From Myxococcales bacterium (GTDB taxonomy: Bacteria; Myxococcota_A; Polyangia; Polyangiales; DASUME01), in contig JASGJH010000001.1 of assembly GCA_047601445.1 (NCBI GenBank), positions 3,008,001 through 3,072,000 on the forward strand: a stretch of DNA of 64,000 nucleotides, in the 5' to 3' direction. Numbering within the stretch: the first letter of the stretch is position 1; each line of letters opens with the position of its first letter. Below the pieces are notes generated by a model. It saw only the letters and a list, made by a program, of their open reading frames with translations, had not been told where the DNA came from and ran no database searches. Below are positions 1 through 9,905 of this stretch, in pieces. The position numbers and the translations under genes are program-made.

Positions 1-276
1 GATTTGCTGGCCGCTGGCGAGCTGGTCGGCGGTGCAGCGCTCACGCCGCCCCGTCAGGCCAGGCTGGTTCGAGCCGGGAGCCAGGGCAAGCCCGAGGTCA
101 CCGACGGCCCGTTCGCCGAGTCCAAGGAGTTCTTGGCTGGCTACTGGATCGTCGACGTGGAGACGGCCGAGCGTGCCTACGCCATCGCGGCGCGCGCCTC
201 CACGGCGCCAGGGCCCGGAGGCGCGCCCCTCAATATGACCCTCGAGGTGCGCGAGGTGATGTCCGACCTCGCGTGA
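1..276 (+). CDS. YciI/DGPF family protein (5' truncated by window)
   Basis: Motif VTDGPFAESKEFLAGYWIVDV and C-terminal EVREV. Confidence 0.9.
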   Translation, partial: DLLAAGELVGGAALTPPRQARLVRAGSQGKPEVTDGPFAESKEFLAGYWIVDVETAERAYAIAARASTAPGPGGAPLNMTLEVREVMSDLA

Positions 277-312
277 GGCGCTTGGGCTTCCCTCGAATCC
301 GTTGACACTTGC

Positions 313-1188
313 TTAGGCGGCCTGAGCCGCAGTGTAATCGTTCTCGAACTCGGCTGGGGTCCGATACCCCAGTGACGAATGTAGCCTCCGCCGATTGTAG
401 AAGACCTCGATGTACTCGAAGACTGCGGACCGGAGCTCAAGGCGTCCGGCCCAACGTCGGCCGTGAATTAGCTCGGCCTTGATGGTCGAAAAGAAGCTCT
501 CCGCGACCGCGTTATCCCAGCAGTTGCCCTTGCGGCTCATGCTGACCGAGAGCCCGTGCTGGGCGAGCGATGAGCGGTATTCCTGACTCGTGTACTGGCA
601 GCCCCGGTCAGAGTGGTGGAGCAGGCCTGCTGCGTCGGGACGACGGCGCCGAAGCGCCATGTCCAGCGCTGCGAGGGGCAGCTGGGTCGAGAGCATGGCG
701 TCCAGAGCCCAGCCCACGACGGTCCTGGAAAACAGGTCGATGATGACAGCGAGGTAGCACCAGCCCTCGTCGGTCCAGACGTACGAGATGTCCGTCACCC
801 AGCGCTGATTGGGACGTTCGGCGCGGAACTCGCGGTTGAGCACGTTAGGCTCGACTGGATGCCGCGGATTTGCAGCGGTGGTCACACGGAACCGGCGACG
901 AGGCCGGGCGCAGAGCCCCAAGCTCCGCATGGCGCGCTCCACCCGGCGTTTGCCGACCCGAATGCCACGACGTCGGAGTTCCTTTCGAACTCGCGGACTT
1001 CCGTAGGCGTTGCGGCTCTCCGCGTGCACCTGGCCGACCCGTTCCAAGAGGGCCCGGTCCTGGTCCGCACGGGGACTCGGCGGGCGACTCGCGAACGCGT
1101 AGTACCCCTGCCGGGTCACCTGCAGGTTCCGGCACAGCGCTGACACCGGGAAGTTCGCCTTCTCCGCGTGGATGAAGGCGAACCTCAT
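313..1188 (-). CDS. IS3 transposase OrfB (DDE integrase core)
   Basis: WVTDISY, HHSDRGCQY, GNCWDNAVAESFF, YNRRRLHSSLGY motifs. Confidence 0.95.
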   Translation of the reverse strand: MRFAFIHAEKANFPVSALCRNLQVTRQGYYAFASRPPSPRADQDRALLERVGQVHAESRNAYGSPRVRKELRRRGIRVGKRRVERAMRSLGLCARPRRRFRVTTAANPRHPVEPNVLNREFRAERPNQRWVTDISYVWTDEGWCYLAVIIDLFSRTVVGWALDAMLSTQLPLAALDMALRRRRPDAAGLLHHSDRGCQYTSQEYRSSLAQHGLSVSMSRKGNCWDNAVAESFFSTIKAELIHGRRWAGRLELRSAVFEYIEVFYNRRRLHSSLGYRTPAEFENDYTAAQAA

Positions 1189-1523
1189 TCGCTTTCCTTC
1201 GCGAAGAAGGCTGCCGCTTTTTTTAGGATTTCGCGGTCCATTTCGAGCGACTCCACCTTCTTGCGTAACCGCTCGTTCTCCCGCTCCAGCCGGGCCGCCT
1301 TCTCCTCTGCCGTTTCAGCAGCAGGTACCGGAGCGACCGGTACCCCCGGCTTCCGCTTGCTCTTCTTGGCCATCTCGTCTCTGTTGTACCACTCCCGCAA
1401 GGTCCAGCTGCTGATGCCTAAATCCACGGACAACTGGGCAAAACTGCGGTCGTCCCGCTTCATCAGCGCGATCGTCTCTGCCTTGAACTCATCGGTGTAC
1501 TTGTTGTGCTTCCGAACACGCAT
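1185..1523 (-). CDS. IS3 transposase OrfA (HTH plus leucine-zipper region)
   Basis: KYTDEFK start, LKKAAAFFAKE end; ATGA overlap with orfB in the -1 frame. Confidence 0.93.
   Translation of the reverse strand: MRVRKHNKYTDEFKAETIALMKRDDRSFAQLSVDLGISSWTLREWYNRDEMAKKSKRKPGVPVAPVPAAETAEEKAARLERENERLRKKVESLEMDREILKKAAAFFAKESE
1217..1224 (-). other. -1 programmed frameshift slippery site (A AAA AAA G) for OrfAB fusion
   Basis: Minus strand CTA AAA AAA GCG. The -1 frame reads open into the orfB ATG. This is the standard IS3 mechanism. Confidence 0.75.
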
Positions 1524-1735
1524 CAGTTTCTCCTGCGTGTCAACGGAACTGGGGGAGCTTCAGCCTTCTCCTCACGACGTCCTTTCTCACTATCCTCCTC
1601 ACGACCTCCTCTCCGCCCAATGTTCTCTTGGGTTTGGGCCGGTGCTTCGGTGAGGCAGGCTTGTGGGGGCGCGCCCGGCGCTTGTCGCGTCGATGGTTCA
1701 CAAGCGAACTCCCGAGCTCTCGTGAGGCACCCGCG

Positions 1736-2047
1736 TCAGCGTTGCGGCCGGGTCTCGCTGTTGGGTGCCTCGCTCTCGGGTGCTGCGCTGAGCGCTGGCT
1801 GGGGAGCGTGGCCGTGGCCCAAGGTGCCGTACATGGCGTCGAGCTCCTCGTGTTCTTCGTCATGGTTGAGCGCAGCCTGATCGTCGACCTTCGAATAGGT
1901 CATCTTGGTCTTGCCGGGCTCCTCGGGATTGTGGGTGACCTCTTCGTTGGTCACGGCGCTCACGGTATGGCGCTTCACGGGGTGCCCATGCGCGCAGGCC
2001 GAAGTGGCTCCGAGCAGGAGCGCCATCGAGACGAATGATCGGGTCAT
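1736..2047 (-). CDS. Hypothetical small lipoprotein, His/Glu-rich
   Basis: Strong SD GAGGAGG before ATG; MTRSFVSMALLLGATSAC signal/lipobox. Confidence 0.6.
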   Translation of the reverse strand: MTRSFVSMALLLGATSACAHGHPVKRHTVSAVTNEEVTHNPEEPGKTKMTYSKVDDQAALNHDEEHEELDAMYGTLGHGHAPQPALSAAPESEAPNSETRPQR

Positions 2048-2338
2048 GCTTTCCTCCTCATTGCGCGCGCGGCGGCGGCCGCGCTGTATGGCTGAGCGCG
2101 CGACCCGAGCCGCTGCGCTGAGTCTGGGAGCTAACGCAGCATCGCTCGTGCCAGTTGGGCAGGCTCGCGCGAGGCTCCAGAAACATGGGCAATTCCCGAC
2201 GAATTCCATGATTTATTCACTCTTGCACGTCGCATCGGCGCCCCACTGTGCGCGCCCACTCAGGCTTGGTGGCTCAAGTGAACCCAAGTAGACTCATGAG
2301 CACAGGCGAGCACGAGCGAACTCCGGACAACCGAAAGC

Positions 2339-3325
<987 letters not shown>

Positions 3326-3394
3326 GCGGCCGACGAATTTTTGCTCGTGTTTTCGCGCGCTTCGCGGCCAGCCTAAAATTTGTTTGCGGACCAC

Positions 3395-3425
3395 CGATGA
3401 GTTCTCGTCGGAGCGCAGGTCTATC
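3395..3425 (+). promoter_or_regulatory. Candidate SigG/ECF56-type promoter
   Basis: CGATGA-N18-GTCTATC directly upstream of the doxX-VOC-GST genes. It resembles the CGATGA-N18-GTC motif I recall for mycobacterial SigG. Confidence 0.55.
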
Positions 3426-3452
3426 TGGGTGAATCCAACAGGAGCCACCAAG

Positions 3453-3905
3453 ATGACCAGTCTCGCCTTCTCGAACCAAGCCCCTCACACCTCCCAGTAC
3501 GACGCCGCGCGCACGGAGCCCGCAGGAACCCCTGGCCGTCGTGCCCGCATCGCGGGTCGCATCGTGAGCGGACTGGGTGTGGCCTTCTTGACCTTCGACG
3601 CCAGCTTGAAGCTGCTCGTGCTCGACTGGGCCGTGAAGGGCACGGTGGAACTCGGCTACCCCGCGCATCAAGTCTTTGCCCTCGGCCTGCTGCAGCTCGC
3701 GCTGATGATCACCTATCTGATCCCACGCACGGCCGTGCTCGGCGCGGTGTTGTGGACGGGCTACTTCGGCGGCGCGATTGCTACCCACGTGCGGCTCGAG
3801 AATCCCCTGTTCAGCCACGTGCTGTTCCCCATCTACATCGCTGCGCTGCTGTGGGTCGGCCTGTGGCTGCGCGACACCCGCGTGCGCGCCCTGATCCGCG
3901 CCTGA
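3453..3905 (+). CDS. DoxX family membrane protein
   Basis: LYLIPRTAVLGAVLWTGYFGGAIATHVR-type motif (here TYLIPRT...); SD AGGAG. Confidence 0.9.
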   Translation: MTSLAFSNQAPHTSQYDAARTEPAGTPGRRARIAGRIVSGLGVAFLTFDASLKLLVLDWAVKGTVELGYPAHQVFALGLLQLALMITYLIPRTAVLGAVLWTGYFGGAIATHVRLENPLFSHVLFPIYIAALLWVGLWLRDTRVRALIRA

Positions 3906-3966
3906 ACCTCAGGGGCTGTCCGAACTCAACCGACAACCGATCCCGTAACCAAGAGAGACCCAAGCC

Positions 3967-4389
3967 ATGACCACCAAGAACGCTCGCAAGATCTTCGTGA
4001 ACCTGCCCGTGAAGAACCTCAAGAACTCGATGAAATTCTTCAGTCAGCTCGGCTTCGAGTTCAACCCGCAGTTCACCGACGACAAAGCGGCCTGCATGCT
4101 CGTCAGCGAAGAGGCCTTCGTGATGTTGCTCAGCGAACCCTTCTTCAAGACCTTCGCCAAGCAGCGCGAGCTGTGCGACACGCGCACCCACACCGAGGCC
4201 CTGTTCGCGCTCTCGTGTGAGAGCCGCGCCGAGGTCGACGCCCTCATCCAGAAGGTCCTCGCGGCGGGCGGCAAGACCGCCGAGGATCCCCAGGATCACG
4301 GCTTCATGTACGGACAAGGCTTCTACGATCTCGACGGTCACGGATGGGAAGTGATGTGGATGGACCCGGCGGCGATTCAGAAGCACTAA
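3967..4389 (+). CDS. VOC/glyoxalase family protein
   Basis: IFVNLPVKNL...FNPQFTD...QDHGFMYG.GFYDLDGHGWE. Confidence 0.92.
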   Translation: MTTKNARKIFVNLPVKNLKNSMKFFSQLGFEFNPQFTDDKAACMLVSEEAFVMLLSEPFFKTFAKQRELCDTRTHTEALFALSCESRAEVDALIQKVLAAGGKTAEDPQDHGFMYGQGFYDLDGHGWEVMWMDPAAIQKH

Positions 4390-4426
4390 TAGCCCCGCGC
4401 CTTCCAGCCAAGGAGAAGCTTCCTCG

Positions 4427-5065
4427 ATGACCATCACCATTACCGCCTTCGAACGCTCGCCTGACGGCGGCCAGGGCCTGGCGCGCGACACGCGCGTGCG
4501 CTGGGCACTCGAGGAAGTGGGCCAACCCTACGAAGTCCGCCTCGTGTCGTTTGCTGCGATGAAGGAGCCCGCCCATCTGGCGCTCCACCCCTTCGGTCAA
4601 ATTCCGACCTACGAGGAAGGTGAGCTCGCGCTCTTCGAAACAGGAGCGATCGTATTTCACCTCGCCCAGCGGCACGCGGGCTTGCTGCCGGACGACGCCG
4701 ATGCTCGGGCGCGCGCCGTCACCTGGATGTTCGCCGCGCTCAGCACGATCGAGCCACCGATTTTGGAACTGGTGACCGCCAAGATCCTGGAGGCCGACAA
4801 GCCCTGGACCAAAGAACGTTTGCCACTGGTCATGGAGCGCATCCGAAACCGGTTGAAGCAACTGTCCGCGCGTCTTGGCCATGCCGACTGGCTCGATGGT
4901 GCGTTCAGCGCGGGCGACTTGATGATGGTGTCGGTGTTGCTCAGGTTGAGGCCCTCCGGCATCCTCGACGAGTACCCGAGCCTGGCTGCCTATGTTGCTC
5001 GCGGCGAAGCACGGCCCGCCTACAAGCGGGCCTTCGACGCCCAGCTGGCGGTGAACACCCGCTAG
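4427..5065 (+). CDS. Glutathione S-transferase family protein
   Basis: RVRWALEE, HPFGQIP, LFETGAI, FSAGDL motifs. Confidence 0.93.
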   Translation: MTITITAFERSPDGGQGLARDTRVRWALEEVGQPYEVRLVSFAAMKEPAHLALHPFGQIPTYEEGELALFETGAIVFHLAQRHAGLLPDDADARARAVTWMFAALSTIEPPILELVTAKILEADKPWTKERLPLVMERIRNRLKQLSARLGHADWLDGAFSAGDLMMVSVLLRLRPSGILDEYPSLAAYVARGEARPAYKRAFDAQLAVNTR

Positions 5066-5853
5066 AACTCGCCGTGTCGCCCGTCGCCGTTGGCAAAGCG
5101 TCCGGCCCCCAGCATGGTCTCGCCTGACGCCAAGGTGCGCATGCCCAGGGCAAACTCCTCGGCGAGCGCGGCTTCCTCCGAGAGGGCCCACTGTGCGTAG
5201 GCGCTGCGTCGATCTCCTCGCATGCAGGCCTGCGGAAAGTTCGCCACCTCGAGCGCCAGTCGCTCCACTTCGACCTGCAGCTGGCTCGCTTCGACCACGC
5301 GGTTGACGAGCCCCATGTGCAGCGCCTCCCGGGCGTCCACGGCACGCCCGGTGAGGATCATGTCGAGAGCGCGCCCCATGCCGATGACGCGTGGCAGCCG
5401 CACGCTGCCGCCGTCGATCAAGGGCACGCCGAAGCGTCGGCAAAACACGCCGAAAATGGCGCTCTCGTCGGCCACACGCAGGTCGCACCAGAGCGCGAGT
5501 TCGAGCCCACCGGCCACGCAATAACCGGAGACCGCGGCGATCACTGGCTTGTCGAGGCGAAAGCGCGTGGGGCCCATGGGCGCTCGCTGCAGGGGCTCCC
5601 CGTTGGGCGGCTCGAGCGAGGTCACGCGCGCCGGATCGCCGCTGGCCACGGCCTTGAGGTCCGCGCCGGCACAGAAATGCCCACCTGCACCAGTGAGGAT
5701 GGCCACCCGCAGCTCGGGATCACGCTCGAAGGCGCGAAAGGCCTCGGCCAGTGCCTCGGAGGTCGGACCGTCCACCGCGTTGCGCGCCTCGGGGCGCTGG
5801 ATGGTGACCCACAAGAGCGGCGGGCGACGTTGTGTAACCACGCTCGATGACAT
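5062..5853 (-). CDS. Enoyl-CoA hydratase/crotonase family
   Basis: RPEARNA, FCAGADLK, AGGLELALWCD, GVPLIDGG. Confidence 0.93.
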   Translation of the reverse strand: MSSSVVTQRRPPLLWVTIQRPEARNAVDGPTSEALAEAFRAFERDPELRVAILTGAGGHFCAGADLKAVASGDPARVTSLEPPNGEPLQRAPMGPTRFRLDKPVIAAVSGYCVAGGLELALWCDLRVADESAIFGVFCRRFGVPLIDGGSVRLPRVIGMGRALDMILTGRAVDAREALHMGLVNRVVEASQLQVEVERLALEVANFPQACMRGDRRSAYAQWALSEEAALAEEFALGMRTLASGETMLGAGRFANGDGRHGEF

Positions 5854-5977
5854 GCCGTCCTCCTTGCTGCGTGCCGAAAGACAACATTACACACAGTTGA
5901 CGAGCAAGACAATCCGTGAAACGTTACACAACGCGACACTCATTTGCATACGCAGTAGTATTCGGAGACCAGCCGAC

Positions 5978-6796
5978 GTGTCCATTCAGCCCCGCCATCT
6001 CATCCTCAAGCTCATGCTCGGCGCCCAGGGCAGCGCCCTCTCGGCCCGCGCGGCGGTGGCGTCCTGCGCGCTGTTCGGCATCCGCGAGAACAGCGTGCGC
6101 GTGGCGCTGGTGAGGCTTTCGGCGGCCGGCATGATCGAGGCGGCGGGGCGAGGCAGCTACCGCATCGGCCCCAGCGCGGCCCAGCTGGCTGACGACGTGC
6201 GCACCTGGCGCACGGCCGAGTCGCGCGTGCGCAAGTGGAGCGGGGCCTTCGTGGCAGTGCACACGGCCGCGTTGGGACGCACCGATCGCGGCGCCCTGCG
6301 CCAGCGGGAGCGCGCGCTCGAGCTACTCGGGTTTCGCGAGCTCAGCCAGGACCTGTTCGTGCGCCCGGACAACCTCGTGGGCGGCGTGGGAGCGGTACGC
6401 GAGCGCCTCATGAAGCTAGGCCTCGACGCCGGGGCTCTCGTGTTCTTGGCCAGCGAGCTCGGCCCGGATCACGCACGAGGTGTGCATGATCTGTGGGACG
6501 GCCAGGCCTTGACCAAGTCCTATCAGCAGACCCGCGGGCGACTCGAGAAGTGGCTCGCGCGCGCACCCAAGCTCGATCTGGACGTGGCGGCGCGCGAGTG
6601 CTTCCTGATGGGCAACGACGCCATCCGTCAGGTGGTGTTCGATCCGCTGCTGCCCGATCCCCTGGTTAGCGCCGATGAGCGGCGCGCCTTCGTGGAGACG
6701 GTGCTTCGCTACGACCGCGCGGGCCAGACCATCTGGCGGCGCTTCCTCCAACCCCTGCTGGGCGACGCGGCCGAATCCGCGCTGCAAGCCCACTGA
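5978..6796 (+). CDS. PaaX family transcriptional regulator
   Basis: LFGIRENSVRVALVRL wHTH, FVRPDNL, DPLLP C-terminal motif. GTG start inferred. Confidence 0.88.
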   Translation: MSIQPRHLILKLMLGAQGSALSARAAVASCALFGIRENSVRVALVRLSAAGMIEAAGRGSYRIGPSAAQLADDVRTWRTAESRVRKWSGAFVAVHTAALGRTDRGALRQRERALELLGFRELSQDLFVRPDNLVGGVGAVRERLMKLGLDAGALVFLASELGPDHARGVHDLWDGQALTKSYQQTRGRLEKWLARAPKLDLDVAARECFLMGNDAIRQVVFDPLLPDPLVSADERRAFVETVLRYDRAGQTIWRRFLQPLLGDAAESALQAH

Positions 6797-6817
6797 TTGC
6801 GCGCCGTGAGAAGCCCC

Positions 6818-7843
6818 ATGTCAGCCCCCGATTCAGCGACCCCCCAAGACATGCCCGCGGACACGCGCCGCAAGATCTCCGAGCTGCTCTCGCGCGAGGA
6901 GATCCGCGCGCTCAACGAGCGCTCCGACGTCATGGGCTTCGCTGCGGTGGGGTTCACATGGGCGGTCATCGCGTGCACCCTGGCGGCCCTGGTCTGGGCG
7001 CGCGGGCAGCCGCTGTGGCTGGAAGTCCCGGTCTTTGTGCTGGGCTTCGTCGTGCTGGGCGGTCGTCACCTGGGCCTGGCCATCCTGCATCACGAGGCTG
7101 CTCACAAGTCGCTGTTCAAGACGCCCTGGCTCAACGACTTCGTGGGAGATTGGCTGTGCGCGCGCCCAATCTGGAACGACGTGCGCAAGTATCGCGGACA
7201 CCACTTCATCCATCACCGGCGCACCAACCAGGAAGACGACACCGATCTCTCGCTGGTCGCGCCCTTCCCCACCACGCGCTCCTCCTTGCTGCGCAAGTTC
7301 GCGCGCGATCTGCTGGGTTTGACGGGCCTCAAGTACCTGCTCGGCCGCGTGCTGATGGACGCCGAGCTCGTGAAGTGGACGGTGGCCAACGACGTGGTCT
7401 GGTTGCCGCGCGACGGACGAGCCTGGTGGAGCTATCCGCTTCGCTTCGTGCGCAACGCGAGCGGCATGCTGCTCACCAACGCGCTGCTACTCGTCCTGTG
7501 TTGGTTCTGTGGAGAGGTCTGGCTCTACGGGATCTGGGTGCTTTCCTACCTCACCCCGTTCCCGCTTTTCTTGCGCATCCGATCGCTGGCCGAGCACGCC
7601 TGCACGGCTCGCAGCACGGACATGTTCTTGAACACGCGCACCACCCGCGCCGGCCTGTTGGCGCGCGCCACGGTGGCGCCGATCCGGGTGAACTACCACG
7701 TCGAACATCACGTGCTTCCCTCGGTGCCCTACTTCCGTTTGCCCCGCTTGCATCAGCTGCTGCGGGAGCGCGGAGCCGTGTCGACTCCGCCATCGTACTG
7801 GGAAGTGCTGCGGCAGGTTTCATCGGGCAGCGAGCGCGCCTGA
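6818..7843 (+). CDS. Membrane fatty-acid desaturase family protein
   Basis: His boxes HEAAH, HFIHH, HVEHH; hydrophobic segments. Confidence 0.9.
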   Translation: MSAPDSATPQDMPADTRRKISELLSREEIRALNERSDVMGFAAVGFTWAVIACTLAALVWARGQPLWLEVPVFVLGFVVLGGRHLGLAILHHEAAHKSLFKTPWLNDFVGDWLCARPIWNDVRKYRGHHFIHHRRTNQEDDTDLSLVAPFPTTRSSLLRKFARDLLGLTGLKYLLGRVLMDAELVKWTVANDVVWLPRDGRAWWSYPLRFVRNASGMLLTNALLLVLCWFCGEVWLYGIWVLSYLTPFPLFLRIRSLAEHACTARSTDMFLNTRTTRAGLLARATVAPIRVNYHVEHHVLPSVPYFRLPRLHQLLRERGAVSTPPSYWEVLRQVSSGSERA

Positions 7844-7862
7844 GCTTTGACCTCGCGCTGAC

Positions 7863-8729
7863 TCAGCGGGGCAGAAGGAAGCTCGGCAGGAGGGCACCCA
7901 CCAGCTTGTAGTCGGGACCATCGTCGCGCACACCGCCGGGCGCTCGTTGTACGCTCGTGAGTCGGAAACGACGCGCAGCACCGTCGAGCGCGAGCCCGGC
8001 GGAACCCAGCTGTGGGAAGGCGCCACCCGGGGTGCTTGGGCTGGCAAAGGAGCCGTTCCAGGTGGTGATCTCGATCCCGGTGGGAGTGTACTGGCTCCGC
8101 AACAGCTTGTACGACGCGGTCACCTCACCTTTCCAATCGAGGGCCTCCACCAAGAGGTCGCTGTTGGCGGTGGTGGGACTCGCTGCGCTGCCGCGCTCCC
8201 AGAAGAACAGCGTATTCACCGGCACGGCGAAGCTCACCTCGAGGCTCGCGGTGCCCTCGTTCTCGCGCGTGACCACGATGCTGGTGAGGTTGAGGTTGTC
8301 GAGCGAGGCGCGGAGATCGGCGCCCGTGGGCGTGATGGTGGCAGGGCCCTCGCTTACCCACTCGTCGAGCTCGCTGTTGATGCCCTGACCCGAAGCGAAG
8401 TTGTGCCCGCCGCGCGCGACGTCGACTCCGTCATCGATCAGGATGGTCGCATGCTTCACGGTCTGGAGCGCCCAACCGGGGAGCTTCACGTGCCCGAACT
8501 CCACGCGATCCAGGCGCACGTCGCCGTCGCTGAATTGCCCGCTCTCCGAGACCTGGGAGCTGAACGTGAAAGGCGTAAAGGCCGAGGGTTCCCAGGGCAA
8601 GTCGAGGGCTGCTTCACTCGCGTGCACCTGCGGCTCGTCCAGCTCGTCGGCGTCCTCGACGGCGCAAGCCGAGAGCATCAGAGCCAACAGGGTGCGCGTC
8701 GGTCTCGAAAGCGTGTGCTGAATCTTCAT
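7863..8729 (-). CDS. Secreted/lipoprotein resembling cyanobacterial exosortase-dependent surface protein (XDP2-like) domain
   Basis: Lipobox LSAC; FTFSS...GDVRLDRVEFG, LFFWERG...NSDL.VEA, GPDYK motifs. Family assignment from recollection. Confidence 0.55.
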   Translation of the reverse strand: MKIQHTLSRPTRTLLALMLSACAVEDADELDEPQVHASEAALDLPWEPSAFTPFTFSSQVSESGQFSDGDVRLDRVEFGHVKLPGWALQTVKHATILIDDGVDVARGGHNFASGQGINSELDEWVSEGPATITPTGADLRASLDNLNLTSIVVTRENEGTASLEVSFAVPVNTLFFWERGSAASPTTANSDLLVEALDWKGEVTASYKLLRSQYTPTGIEITTWNGSFASPSTPGGAFPQLGSAGLALDGAARRFRLTSVQRAPGGVRDDGPDYKLVGALLPSFLLPR

Positions 8730-9097
8730 TGAAGTCCTCCTGGGCGCGGCCTTGCTTTTGCGGGCTGGCCTTTTTGCGGCGACTCTCGCTGTCGCCTTGC
8801 CGCTGCGGTGTGTGGTGCAAGCGCCCTTTGCAGACTCCGTTCCACGTCTTCCTCGCGGCGCTGCGAGCCCGCGTGAGACTCTCGCGAGAGCGGCCCGAAA
8901 CGCCCGCGCGCCGTTCGTTGCAGCGCCGTTTGCGCACGCCCCACGCAGGGCACGAGATTCCACGGCGCACCGGAAATCGCCTTGCTGACGCTCGGAGATC
9001 TCCGAGCATCATGCGACTACGATGAACCACGGCCCTTGCGCGAACGGCGTTCGGACCCACTTAGCCCAAGGCCGATGTCGAGGCGCTGGGAGGCCCC

Positions 9098-9739
9098 ATG
9101 AGCGATGAGCTCCTCTTCTATCACAACCCGTTTTCGCGCGGCCGCATCGTGCAGTGGATGCTGGAGGAGGTTGGCGCTCCGTACCGTGTGGAGCTCGTAC
9201 GCCTCGATCAGCGCGAACAGAAGCGTCCCGAGTATCTGGCTGTCAATCCCATGGGCAAGATCCCCACCATCGTCCACCGCGGCGTGGTGATCACGGAAGC
9301 AGCTGCGATCTGTACGTACCTCGCGGACGCCTTCCCGGAGACCAAGCTCGCGCCCGCCCTCACGGACCCGGCGCGTGGCACCTACCTGCGCTGGCTGTTC
9401 TTCGGCGCGGGCTGCATCGAGCCGGCCCTGGCGGACAAGTTGCTCGAGCGTCCCGCACCTGCCCCGGAACGCAGCAGTGCGCTCGGCTACGGCAGCTACG
9501 AAAACGTGCTCGCCACGCTGGAGAAGGCCGTCTCGCCAGGGCCTCACATCCTGGGCGATGCATTCTCGGCCGCGGATGTCTACGTGGGGTCGGCCATCGG
9601 CTTTGGCCTTGGCAGCAAGGCGATCGAACCGCGGCCCGCATTCATGAGCTACCTCGCAAAGCTCTCGGAGCGTCCCGCCTACAAGCGCGCCAACGCAAAA
9701 AACGAAGCATTTGCCGCTGAGCTCAAGGCCAAGAGCTAG
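9098..9739 (+). CDS. Glutathione S-transferase family protein
   Basis: SRGRIVQWMLEE, NPMGKIP, ITEAAAIC, FSAADVY. Confidence 0.93.
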   Translation: MSDELLFYHNPFSRGRIVQWMLEEVGAPYRVELVRLDQREQKRPEYLAVNPMGKIPTIVHRGVVITEAAAICTYLADAFPETKLAPALTDPARGTYLRWLFFGAGCIEPALADKLLERPAPAPERSSALGYGSYENVLATLEKAVSPGPHILGDAFSAADVYVGSAIGFGLGSKAIEPRPAFMSYLAKLSERPAYKRANAKNEAFAAELKAKS

Positions 9740-9905
9740 CAGCTCGGATCGACCCGGATTTTTGCGCACAGCGGGAAAATTCGGCTCGCAAAGGGCGGCC
9801 AGGGCGCACCCGATGGGCCCACGGGTCCAGGGTGGTCCGCGCGGTCTAAACGGAACGTAGTCGGGTCGGTGGCTGTGGGTCCGAGCTCTGGTAGCGTCCC
9901 TCGCC

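Larger units (their letters stand above)
283..1562 (-). mobile_element. IS3-family insertion sequence, 1280 bp
   Basis: 26-bp imperfect terminal IRs starting TG: TGGGCTTCCCTCGAATCCGTTGACAC (283-308) and revcomp of 1537-1562 TGAAGCTCCCCCAGTTCCGTTGACAC. They enclose orfA/orfB. No target-site duplication seen (GCT left, GCC right). Confidence 0.93.

Noticed and set aside
9020..9055. Second SigG-type promoter before the GST at 9098
   Set aside because: CGATGA is present but there is no GTC at the 18-nt spacing.
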